Sequence record: OQ870555.1
Direction: 5' to 3' (one strand)
Length of the DNA: 64,000 nucleotides
DNA from: Escherichia phage PECP14
The translations under genes were made by a program, and so were the position numbers. Shown here piece after piece: positions 26,974-35,497 of this stretch. The notes beneath the pieces were generated by a model. The model was given only the letters and a program-made list of their open reading frames with translations. It did not search any database and was not told where the DNA came from. The first letter of the stretch is position 1; every line of letters starts with the position of its first letter.

Positions 26974-27612
26974 ATGACTACTCGTATCTCTAAAACTCGT
27001 GCTCTGGCAACTATCAAGTCTCTGGAAGCTAAAATCCGTAAAGCTACTGAACAACAGCTTTTGATTGCTGTTGGTGAAGGTAAAGACAAGAATCAAGTTG
27101 TCGTTGGTGCTGCAATCGAAGTAGATGCTCTGTCTACTCGTATTAAAACTGATTTCCAGTCTCTGCTGGATATGATGACCCAGCGTGATCATCTGAAAGC
27201 AGCGCTGATCAAGAGCAATGCTGAAACTGTTGTAGAGATCGGTTCCCGCTCTATGACTGTTGCGGAAGCAATCGAAGCTAAGCGTTCTATGGAACTCAAA
27301 GCTCAGTTGCTGGCTAACATGCGTAAGCAGTTCCATGCTGCTACTGTTAAGTTTAACACTCAGAAGGCTCAGTTTGATGCCAAGTATGAGCGTTTGCAGG
27401 ATACCATGGCTACCCGCGACAAGAAGACTTCCGAGGATGAAGTTAAGATGCAGCTTAACCTGCTGGAACTCAAGAACACTCCGTTCCTGATCGATCCGCT
27501 GGAGCTGGAAAAGCTGATCAAGCAACACGACGAAGAATACCAGGACTTTGCAACCAACGTTGACTTTGTTCTGTCTGAGTCCAACGCCTCTACTTTTATC
27601 GAAGTAGAGTAA
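26974..27612 (+). CDS. hypothetical protein (coiled-coil)
   Basis: ORF with strong codon bias. Confidence 0.5.
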   Translation: MTTRISKTRALATIKSLEAKIRKATEQQLLIAVGEGKDKNQVVVGAAIEVDALSTRIKTDFQSLLDMMTQRDHLKAALIKSNAETVVEIGSRSMTVAEAIEAKRSMELKAQLLANMRKQFHAATVKFNTQKAQFDAKYERLQDTMATRDKKTSEDEVKMQLNLLELKNTPFLIDPLELEKLIKQHDEEYQDFATNVDFVLSESNASTFIEVE

Positions 27613-27996
27613 TAATTTAAAAGACTAGTAAATCGGTAGACGAAAGCCCAAGCATCTTACCTCGCAGCAGCGGTTGAAATACGAGGTTAAATAAGACCGC
27701 TGACCATACTATAAAGTATAATCTATTGGAGATTATGTTTATTACATCAGACATTTAATCTGACACGTAAAAACAAAAGGTCGTTGGTAGTACCAACACA
27801 ACTTCAAAGATCAACGCTCAAGTATGAAAGCTGAAAAGTTAAAAGCACTCAAACTTCTAACCTTCTAAAGCTAAAAGATGCAAAGTATTCGTTGATGATT
27901 CAAACCCTAGATCAAAGGTACATGGCTCATAAGATATGGCCTGTGGCGCCTCTAGGCTGTTTATCGGTTTACTAGTCTCTCAATTTAAAAATGTAT

Positions 27997-28025
27997 TTGC
28001 TAATTAGTTTAGTTTTCTGTATAAT
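27997..28025 (+). promoter_or_regulatory. early promoter cassette
   Basis: TTGCTA-17-TATAAT + ...TAAATTGATGAGA. Confidence 0.55.
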
Positions 28026-28055
28026 ATATTTTTAAATTGATGAGACGAGGCTATT

Positions 28056-28373
28056 ATGATTTTTCATATTCTGATTGATGATGTGCGTAACCTTCATGGA
28101 ATGGACATTATCATTCGAACCCCCGAAGCCGCTGTTGAGTTTCTGAATAAAACCGATACCACAGGTCATTTCGTTTATATGGATAACGATCTGGCTGTAG
28201 ATGGTATGGAAGGTTATCAAATTCTTCGTTTACTCCTAGAATTTGGTCAGAGACCCAAGAAAGTGGTACTAGTAACCTCGAACCCAGTAGCTAAAGAGAC
28301 CATGCGTAATGATCTCTTAGACGAAGGGTATCAAGAAAGCCCTAATCGTATTGAGTACGATTGGCCGGAGTAA
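28056..28373 (+). CDS. standalone receiver (CheY-like) domain protein
   Basis: ILIDD ... FVYMDNDLAVDGMEGYQIL ... KVVLVTSNP matches receiver-domain landmarks. Confidence 0.45.
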   Translation: MIFHILIDDVRNLHGMDIIIRTPEAAVEFLNKTDTTGHFVYMDNDLAVDGMEGYQILRLLLEFGQRPKKVVLVTSNPVAKETMRNDLLDEGYQESPNRIEYDWPE

Positions 28374-28378
28374 ATAAA

Positions 28379-28828
28379 ATGAAGGCAGCTTTGCTTTTAA
28401 TAGCTGCCCTAACCTATAGCTTCAATAGTCATGCGACCTACGACTCAAAGCAGATTGATTGCATTGCAAAAAATATCTACTTCGAAGCACGAGGTGAGGG
28501 CACTAAAGGAATGATCGCAGTTGCACAGGTTACTAAAAACCGTGTTAACTCTGGTACTTTTCCTGATTCTTACTGTAAAGTAGTATATCAGTCTAACCAG
28601 TTCTCTTGGGTGGCCAAGAGACCAAAAGTTGATAAAACCGATGAGGCTTGGCAAGTTGCTAAGAATTTAGCTAGAGTGATATACTACGTTGATTTACCAC
28701 AAGATCCAACACATGGAGCGTTATACTTCCATAGTGGTAAAGATAAACCGTACTGGACAAAGAAGTTTAAGAAAACAACGAAGATTCAAGGCCATACGTT
28801 TTACAAGCCTGTGGTTAAGAAAACTTAA
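28379..28828 (+). CDS. SleB/CwlJ-type cell-wall hydrolase, secreted
   Basis: signal peptide MKAALLLIAALTYSFNSHA; NIYFEARGE...AVAQVTKNRV...QFSW motifs. Confidence 0.7.
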   Translation: MKAALLLIAALTYSFNSHATYDSKQIDCIAKNIYFEARGEGTKGMIAVAQVTKNRVNSGTFPDSYCKVVYQSNQFSWVAKRPKVDKTDEAWQVAKNLARVIYYVDLPQDPTHGALYFHSGKDKPYWTKKFKKTTKIQGHTFYKPVVKKT

Positions 28829-28837
28829 AAAATTCGA

Positions 28838-28866
28838 TTGCTTAAAGCCTTAAATTTCTGTATAAT
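28838..28866 (+). promoter_or_regulatory. early promoter cassette
   Basis: TTGCTT-17-TATAAT + ATAAATTAATGAGAGGA. Confidence 0.55.
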
Positions 28867-28897
28867 ACTTTCATAAATTAATGAGAGGAAGCGAAAT

Positions 28898-29068
28898 ATG
28901 AAATCAGTTGTAATTATTGGTGTTAATACTCGTGGTATCCGTACTACGAAAACAGTTAAAACTACTAACGTTGCTGAAATTACTACAAACCCTAAGAAGT
29001 TTGATTTCGCCAAAGTCTCGGCAGTTATGACAGAACAATCTTTTAACCAAGCACTGGGAATTAAATAA
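28898..29068 (+). CDS. small hypothetical protein
   Basis: 56-codon ORF after promoter cassette and GAGAGGA SD. Confidence 0.3.
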   Translation: MKSVVIIGVNTRGIRTTKTVKTTNVAEITTNPKKFDFAKVSAVMTEQSFNQALGIK

Positions 29069-29517
29069 TGGAAGAGAATATTCTAGATGTTTTGCGTAGG
29101 GCTTTGCAGGAATCTAAGGTTGATGGTTCTGATAAAGAAGTAGCTAAAAGCTACCAGACCATAATCGGAGATCTTCAGCGTGTTGATAAAGACTTCATTA
29201 CTTCTGAACAGTTTGTATCTTATCTAAAAGCTCAACTGAAAAGCATTAATCAGACGAAAGCTAAACTTCACGGTCAAGACCTTGATAATTATAGCTTGCA
29301 GTCTGCTCAGTATGAATATATACTGAACAAATGGTTACAACAGTATCTGCCGCCTCAGCTTTCTGATTCTGAGATTCGCAAATACTTTGCAGAATTAGTT
29401 AAGTTGAACCCTGGGATTACGAAGGGTATGCTGATGAAAGCGATTAAGGAAGAATTCCCTGGTCGTTATGATGGTGGTATTGCTGCTCAAGTTGCTGGCG
29501 AATTCAATAAAAATTGA
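29068..29517 (+). CDS. GatB/YqeY-domain-like protein
   Basis: C-terminal GMLMKAIKEEFPGRYDGGIAAQVAGEF. Confidence 0.4.
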   Translation: MEENILDVLRRALQESKVDGSDKEVAKSYQTIIGDLQRVDKDFITSEQFVSYLKAQLKSINQTKAKLHGQDLDNYSLQSAQYEYILNKWLQQYLPPQLSDSEIRKYFAELVKLNPGITKGMLMKAIKEEFPGRYDGGIAAQVAGEFNKN

Positions 29518-29518
29518 T

Positions 29519-29547
29519 TTGCTAAACGCTTCAAAATTCTGTATAAT
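29519..29547 (+). promoter_or_regulatory. early promoter cassette driving a non-coding region
   Basis: TTGCTA-17-TATAAT; no ORF downstream until tRNA-Arg at 30382. Confidence 0.55.
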
Positions 29548-29569
29548 AGATTCATAAATTAGAGAACAG

Positions 29570-30381
29570 CGAGCCGATTACGCTGAGTGAGTTTAGTGAT
29601 TCCTAATAGGATAGCTATTCCACTGAATAGAGTCGGTGAGTTGGAGACTAGTAAGTACTCTGAGAGAGGCTACGAGCTAACGCTTATTGCTATTGATAGG
29701 GAACTGAAAATCTGCGGAAAACTCGGGAGCTGTCCCGAAATCTCGTAAACTCTTCTCTAGTTTATGTTAGTGGGGTGTCGAACTGACTTATGTGATAACA
29801 CTGCCAGATGCTCACAGGCTGACATTGAGCTTTACTGCTCCTTCTGGAAAGAATCGGATAACTCGGGCTTATACCGGATAAGCATTCGCTGCTGGAGTAC
29901 ATACTATGACGGTTCAGGAGGTACGCCACCTGATCAGTATTAGGTTAGAATCGAAACAGCTAAACCACGAGGAAACCTGACGGCCTCAACCAAACTCGGA
30001 ACTCGGGATCACTGCCTAGTGTGTACCCCGTTTAACCTGAGACTAGGCATCCAGCTTCGCATCGAAAATCGGAGGTGCGATTCTAACAGACCGCGTAACT
30101 ATGAGAGTGGGAAACGCTGACATGAGAGATGTCACTAATGGTGCCCAATAGTACAGGTAATTCGCGATAATTCCTGTTGAGCGGCAGCAGTAGGCTGGGA
30201 GTCATGACCTAAGCCTAACCGAGTTCTTCACATACGGAGAACATAACCACAAAGTCACCCTGACTTAAACTGGAAGATATTGTCTGACGGAAGGGCTGCA
30301 GAGCTTAATCTGAGGGGGCTGACCCTACCTACCGTCGGGTATCTTTAAGAGCTTTTATAAGAGTTCTTAAAAATACCTAAA
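29570..30381 (+). ncRNA. candidate long structured non-coding RNA / leader co-transcribed with tRNA-Arg
   Basis: ~810 bp downstream of an early promoter with no ORF of 60 aa or more on either strand; visibly GC-richer than flanking coding DNA. Confidence 0.35.
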
Positions 30382-30456
30382 CGGGGTGTAGTCTAAGGGA
30401 TAGGCAGGAGTCTTCTAAATTCCTTTATGCAGGTTCGAATCCTGTCACCTCGGCCA
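30382..30456 (+). tRNA. tRNA-Arg(TCT)
   Basis: hand-folded cloverleaf; AC loop CTTCTAA; T-arm GCAGG-TTCGAAT-CCTGT; CCA encoded. Confidence 0.6.
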
Positions 30457-30694
30457 ATTTTATTAACTGCTAGGAAAATAAAGTGAAAACACGATATATA
30501 GTAAAAGTAGTAGGTGAACATTCACAAGTAAATACCACCGATGTTACAGCGCTAGCATTTGAAGTAGTCTCCGGTATAGTCATATTTCATAACGGAGATA
30601 TCAAAGCTCCTGAATTTGCTGTGGATGCTAGCCTGTTTATTTCTGCAACTAAAGTAACTGTAGTAGCTAACTCTTCTAAATAATAAGGAAATAT

Positions 30695-31639
30695 ATGTTT
30701 ACTAAAAACACTAAAGAACTGACTTCCGATCAAAAAGTAATTCGTACTATTAAACGTTGGGGTGTTGGTGCTGTAGTTGGTCTTGGCGCTCTTATTCTGG
30801 CTCTCAATTCCTATACAGTTGTTCAGGACGGTACGGTTAAAACTCAGACTTTCCTGGGTAAAGTTAGTCCTAATCCTGTATTGCCGGGGTTCCATATTGT
30901 CAACCCATTCGCCTCTTTTGATACTTTTAGTACGAAAGATATTTCTATGAAACTGGATAAACTTCAGGTTCCTAGCCAGGATAAGTTTAAGTCTACAGTT
31001 GACATTACCGTTATGTTGCAGTTTGATGGTGCTAAAGCTCCTATGAACCGTGTTAACGCAGGTACTCAGGATCAAGCTCTGAACAAGTACGTTGAAGAGA
31101 AGATGCTGTCTACGATTCGTGAGTTTGGTAAGTCTGTACCAAAAGCACAAGATCTGTTCGACGCTAAGATTCAGGCTCAACTGCAAACCGCTATTCAGCA
31201 AGAAGTAGAAGAGTATGCGCGTCCTTATGGTTACACCGTTAAGCAAGTATTCCTTCAGGATATTACTCTGCCACCGGTAATCATGGAACAGGTACAGAAC
31301 ACCAAAGTTCGTGAAGAACAAGTTAACGCTGCAAAAGCTGAACTGGCTCGTGTTGAACAAGAAGCACAGCAGAAAGTTAAGCAAGCTGAGGCAGATCGTT
31401 CCGCTCGTGAAAACATGGCAGTAGCTAACGAACGTGACGCAGATGCTAAACTGTACGCAGCTAAGAAAGAAGCTGAAGCTAACGCCGCTCTGCAACGTAC
31501 CATTACTCCTGAAATGATTCGTTGGAAGCAGCTGGAAGTTGAAATGCTTCGTGCTGAAAAATACCAAGGGGGTGTACCACAGACTGTTGTCGGTACTGGC
31601 TACGATGGTCAAATGATCATGGATATGCGTAACAAGTAA
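30695..31639 (+). CDS. SPFH/band-7 (prohibitin/HflK-like) membrane protein
   Basis: N-terminal TM helix, SPFH core, long Ala/Glu/Gln coiled-coil tail; two terminators downstream. Confidence 0.65.
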   Translation: MFTKNTKELTSDQKVIRTIKRWGVGAVVGLGALILALNSYTVVQDGTVKTQTFLGKVSPNPVLPGFHIVNPFASFDTFSTKDISMKLDKLQVPSQDKFKSTVDITVMLQFDGAKAPMNRVNAGTQDQALNKYVEEKMLSTIREFGKSVPKAQDLFDAKIQAQLQTAIQQEVEEYARPYGYTVKQVFLQDITLPPVIMEQVQNTKVREEQVNAAKAELARVEQEAQQKVKQAEADRSARENMAVANERDADAKLYAAKKEAEANAALQRTITPEMIRWKQLEVEMLRAEKYQGGVPQTVVGTGYDGQMIMDMRNK

Positions 31640-31662
31640 TAGTTACACGTAATCTTCGAACC

Positions 31663-31698
31663 AAGCCCGCGTTTCCTTCGAGAGCGCGGGCTTTTCTG
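31663..31698 (+). terminator. intrinsic terminator after SPFH gene
   Basis: AGCCCGCG...CGCGGGCT stem + TTTTCTG. Confidence 0.6.
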
Positions 31699-31714
31699 TA
31701 TTTAAGGCAAAAGA

Positions 31715-31754
31715 AAAAGCCCCTTACCTTTCGGCAGGGGCTTTTGTTTTTTGG
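31715..31754 (+). terminator. second, possibly bidirectional terminator
   Basis: AAAAAGCCCCT...AGGGGCTTTTGTTTTTT at the convergence point of plus and minus genes. Confidence 0.6.
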
Positions 31755-31959
31755 TTTAGAACCATACTCTCTTGTTACAACAACCACTCATACGGGAGAC
31801 CAATCTTGACTGAAAATCTACTCTAGGGGGCAGGATAAGAGTAGGCTTAAAGGCAAACGGATTGAACACCGGTATTTGTGTAAACATTGCTGGAGAGCAA
31901 CAACGTGCTACAGGTATTGGGCAGCACGAAACAGATTTTCTGCAACACATAATTCCTCC

Positions 31960-32376
31960 TTAGGAGTTATTACCGCCATTTTGAGCTTTTGCAACTTGGC
32001 TTTGGCAGAAGCTATTAAACTTACCCATAAGTGCTACAAGCTGTTTCCCATCCTCTGTCTTTGCGAAGTCTTCGAAAAGGGCTAGTACTGCCTGTCCTTC
32101 CGCAGAAACCTGCGGTTGTTGGGTTTGTTGCTGAACTTGCTGCTGAGGCACCTGTTGCTGCATTTGTTGAGGCATTTGCGACTGCCCGCTCATTTGCTGC
32201 ATCATTTGCATAGGACTCACACTTCCAGGGTTTTGCTGGAGTTGCTGCTGCATCTGTTGCGCTTCTGCTAAACGCTGTTGCAACTGTTGTAGGTAAGGGT
32301 TATCCAGACCCGGAATGGGCTGCTGAGAGCCCATTGGTTGATTAAATCCGTTGTTCACAAAACCATATTTACTCAT
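31960..32376 (-). CDS. glutamine-rich low-complexity protein
   Basis: over 30% Gln with poly-Q(M/P) tracts; convergent with neighbouring plus-strand genes. Confidence 0.45.
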   Translation of the reverse strand: MSKYGFVNNGFNQPMGSQQPIPGLDNPYLQQLQQRLAEAQQMQQQLQQNPGSVSPMQMMQQMSGQSQMPQQMQQQVPQQQVQQQTQQPQVSAEGQAVLALFEDFAKTEDGKQLVALMGKFNSFCQSQVAKAQNGGNNS

Positions 32377-32398
32377 AATGGGCTCCTCCCCTTAAAGA

Positions 32399-33400
32399 TT
32401 AGGCTGGTACTTTAGCCTGTAGAGCTGCTAGAGTCTGAGTAATTGCACCCAGGCTTACAGCGATTTGATTGATTACCTGACCGTTTGCACCGCTACCTGC
32501 AGCGATTGCTTCACGCAGACGGCATTCATTCAGTTCGTCTTGGATACGCGCAGTAGTTACACCAGCAATCGCAGTCTGAAGTTCGCAGCAGCACTCAGCA
32601 AGCTGACGTTCGATAGCGTTCTGGTTAGCACACATCTGAGCCTGAACAGCGGCAAACTGGTTGTTAGTCTGAAGAGACTGCTGGAAAGCAATCTGGGCAG
32701 AGTCAAACTTGTCTTGTGCACGAGCGATCTGGTTAGCAGCGAAAGCTTGATCCATCTGGCGAGAAAGATCGAACTGACCCTGAATAACGTTACGAGTTTC
32801 CTGACAGATCTGGTTGGACAGGTTAGCACCAGTACCATACACAGTAGTCAGAATCTGTTGAGTGCTAGAAGCTTGAGCAGCACCTACACCATTAACAGCG
32901 CTCAGAACAGCACCAGTACCTTGATTCGCTTCGGTACGAGCAGTGTTGATTGCAGCTAGAATACTTGCAGTATCCTGGTTAGATAGGATAGCATCCACAG
33001 CAGTTCCCTCAGCGGCAACACCAGCACCACGTCCGAAACCACCGAAACCACCGAATCCGCCTGTTAATAGAGCACCAATCAGGATAGCTCCGAATAGACC
33101 CATACCTTCACCGCCGAAAGCACCATTTGCTACTGCTGGGTAACCACCCATCAGACCTGGGAAGCCGCTAGTGAATACGTTTACTGGTTCTTGCATTTTA
33201 TGTTTCCTATGTTTATGACAGCCCTCATGGTCGTCATCTTCATCATCTTCATCGTCATCATCGTGATCACGATGTTTCTTTTCGTAGGCCTTGACCTTCT
33301 CCCACTTATGTTTGTCTGATTCCTCATGACGTCTCAGTTCTGCTGCGACTTCACTGACGGTCTCAGGTTTCTTAGTTGCTTCTTCTGTCATTTTTGACAC
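32399..33400 (-). CDS. hypothetical protein: acidic/His-rich N-term, Gly-zipper segment, Ala/Gln-rich domain
   Basis: DDDDEDDEDDDHEGCHKHRKHK then GGFGGFGGFGRG; TTGACA-type promoter and AGGAGGTG SD upstream. Confidence 0.5.
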   Translation of the reverse strand: MSKMTEEATKKPETVSEVAAELRRHEESDKHKWEKVKAYEKKHRDHDDDDEDDEDDDHEGCHKHRKHKMQEPVNVFTSGFPGLMGGYPAVANGAFGGEGMGLFGAILIGALLTGGFGGFGGFGRGAGVAAEGTAVDAILSNQDTASILAAINTARTEANQGTGAVLSAVNGVGAAQASSTQQILTTVYGTGANLSNQICQETRNVIQGQFDLSRQMDQAFAANQIARAQDKFDSAQIAFQQSLQTNNQFAAVQAQMCANQNAIERQLAECCCELQTAIAGVTTARIQDELNECRLREAIAAGSGANGQVINQIAVSLGAITQTLAALQAKVPA

Positions 33401-33459
33401 CTCCTAGTATATAGAAAATGTGTGTCTCTTTGATCACTCATCTATAACATATACTTTAC

Positions 33460-33500
33460 ACTACCCCAGCGAAAATGTCAAGGGGTCTTTAAAAATTGCC
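33460..33500 (-). promoter_or_regulatory. leftward sigma70-like promoter for the convergent module
   Basis: minus strand CCTTGACATTTT...TAAAGT, then TAGGAGGTG SD before 33400 ATG; coordinates approximate. Confidence 0.4.
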
Positions 33501-33597
33501 CCCGGATTTTTAGTGGGATAACAATTTCTGGACCTCACCACTCACCTGCTACCCTTAAGTGCCCTGCGATTTTCCACTAAAAAGTTTAAAAATTCGA

Positions 33598-33626
33598 TTG
33601 CTTGAATGCTAAATTCTCTGTATAAT
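33598..33626 (+). promoter_or_regulatory. early promoter cassette
   Basis: TTGCTT-17-TATAAT + TTATAAATTTGAGAGAGGAA. Confidence 0.55.
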
Positions 33627-33656
33627 ATATTTATAAATTTGAGAGAGGAATCAAAT

Positions 33657-34712
33657 ATGATTAAGACTGGTCTAGTAATTGGTAAGTTCGCACCATTAAC
33701 GCGTGGTCATATTAACCTAATAAACACAGCAGCAACTATGTGTGAACGAGTTATTGTTGTAGTTAGTCATGATAATCGTTGGCTGGATAAGCAGAACACA
33801 CGTGATCAGGAAGTATTACAGTTAAAGAATCGACTTCGTTGGTTAGAACAAACTTACGCGGATATTGAGCACGTTTCGGTAGAGTACATTATTGAAGATG
33901 ATATTCCTGAATATCCGAATGGTTGGCCGGAATATGCTAGAATCCTTAATGAAAATTATGGACATTTGCCTGAGATCACCATTTTCTCTAGCGAACTAGA
34001 CTATGATGCAGAATATAAGAAATATCTGCCGAAGTTTGGTCATTATATTGTAGATTCTGATCGGACTCGTGTTCCAATCTCAGCTACAATGATTCGTAAT
34101 GATCTTATGAAGTATTGGGAGTTTCTTCCTAGCGTAGTTCGTAAAGATTACGTGCGTAAGGTTGTAATCATTGGGACTGAAAGCTCAGGCAAAACAACTT
34201 TAACAAAGTACCTTGCGAAATTATATAATACTTCGTGGGTAGAAGAATATGGTCGTACTTACTGCGAAGTTGATCTAGTTGGTAATGAAGAACTCCTGAC
34301 TAGCGAGGACTATAATAAAATTGCATTCAGGCACAAAGAGCTAGAGTTTGAGGCAGAACGTACTGCAAATAAGATCATGTTTGTAGACACAAATGCTTTC
34401 ATTACAGAGTTTTATCACAGACTTTACGAGCATCGTAAAAATCCGGTTGTAACAGCTATTGCTAAAGAAGAGCATTATGATTTAGTTATAGTTTTAGCAC
34501 CTACTGTTAAGTGGGTAGATGATGGTTTACGTATTAACTCCGATCGTTCAATTACTTCTGAACTGTTCGAGCAGATGAAGAAAGAATTTCCTAATCAGTT
34601 TCCAGAAGGGCGTACTGTATATATTGACTCCCCGGACTATAAGGTTCGTATGGACGAAGCAGTAAACGCAGTAGACTGGCTGATTCATCACTTTAACGTT
34701 GGAGAGTTTTAA
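33657..34712 (+). CDS. NadR-like NMN adenylyltransferase / ribosylnicotinamide kinase
   Basis: GKFAPLTRGH (HxGH nucleotidyltransferase) and GTESSGKTTL (Walker A kinase). Confidence 0.65.
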   Translation: MIKTGLVIGKFAPLTRGHINLINTAATMCERVIVVVSHDNRWLDKQNTRDQEVLQLKNRLRWLEQTYADIEHVSVEYIIEDDIPEYPNGWPEYARILNENYGHLPEITIFSSELDYDAEYKKYLPKFGHYIVDSDRTRVPISATMIRNDLMKYWEFLPSVVRKDYVRKVVIIGTESSGKTTLTKYLAKLYNTSWVEEYGRTYCEVDLVGNEELLTSEDYNKIAFRHKELEFEAERTANKIMFVDTNAFITEFYHRLYEHRKNPVVTAIAKEEHYDLVIVLAPTVKWVDDGLRINSDRSITSELFEQMKKEFPNQFPEGRTVYIDSPDYKVRMDEAVNAVDWLIHHFNVGEF

Positions 34713-34713
34713 T

Positions 34714-35391
34714 ATGACTAACTATCTTGTAAATGACTTTAAAAACTGGAAACCTTTGGAATATCTGTGGCTGTTTATAGCAGTCGCCTTTATTAGTTTA
34801 GCTAACTATAATGGTACAGCTCTAGATTGGGCTACTGCAATAACCAACGTGGTTTGTGTTATTCTGGTTGCAAAAGGACGTGTTTCCAACTATATTTGGG
34901 GCTTAGTTGGTGTTCTTACCTATGGTATTACAGCTTTAAACGCAGATCTTTATGGTAACGCTGCACTAAACCTGCTATACTACGTTCCTATGCAGTTTTA
35001 TGGAATGTACTTATGGCATAAAAATAAGCCAAGTAATCTGCCAGATGTTCCAACTAAGGTTCTGACTAAAGCCCAAGCTCTGCTGACTCTAGGGATTCTA
35101 GCAGTAGCCACGTTAGGGTATGGTAGTTTCTTAGCTACTACGGCTGATCCATTCCCAATGTTGGATGCATTTACTGCGGTAGGTAGTGTGATCGCTATGT
35201 GGCTTATGGTTAAGCAGTATGCCGAGCAGTGGCTGATCTGGATTGCTATTAACATTGGTACTGTATATATTTGGCTTGTAACTGCCCAGTCTACGGGTGC
35301 TTCTTATGCAATCCTAGCAATGTGGCTGGTGTTCTTAGGTAACTCTATTATGGGAGCCTATAAAGGCTACTTTGTAAGAGTTAACAAATAA
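34714..35391 (+). CDS. pnuC: PnuC-like nicotinamide riboside transporter
   Basis: polytopic membrane protein with PnuC-like W/Y-rich helices; directly follows NadR-like gene. Confidence 0.6.
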   Translation: MTNYLVNDFKNWKPLEYLWLFIAVAFISLANYNGTALDWATAITNVVCVILVAKGRVSNYIWGLVGVLTYGITALNADLYGNAALNLLYYVPMQFYGMYLWHKNKPSNLPDVPTKVLTKAQALLTLGILAVATLGYGSFLATTADPFPMLDAFTAVGSVIAMWLMVKQYAEQWLIWIAINIGTVYIWLVTAQSTGASYAILAMWLVFLGNSIMGAYKGYFVRVNK

Positions 35392-35396
35392 AGTAG

Positions 35397-35425
35397 TTAT
35401 AGCCCTCTAAGCGAGGGCTATTATA
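35397..35425 (+). terminator. hairpin terminator after pnuC
   Basis: ATAGCCCTC-TAAGC-GAGGGCTAT. Confidence 0.5.
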
Positions 35426-35438
35426 CAGAAATTTTCAC

Positions 35439-35467
35439 TTGCTTTATATAGAAAATTTCTGTATAAT
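35439..35467 (+). promoter_or_regulatory. early promoter cassette
   Basis: TTGCTT-17-TATAAT; near-identical leader to the 33598 copy. Confidence 0.55.
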
Positions 35468-35497
35468 ATATTTATAAATTTGAGAGAGGAATCAAAC

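Noticed and set aside
26941-27528. 195-aa minus-strand ORF
   Set aside because: Antisense to the 26974-27612 gene, which has a promoter, SD and strong codon bias on the plus strand
30587-31612. 341-aa ORF on the minus strand
   Set aside because: Antisense to the well-supported SPFH gene (30695-31639); low-complexity product with no SD or promoter; typical shadow ORF
33519-33531. Cloning-vector contamination (lac operator)
   Set aside because: Only a 13-nt half-site matches lacO; flanking sequence is continuous phage DNA with phage promoter cassettes
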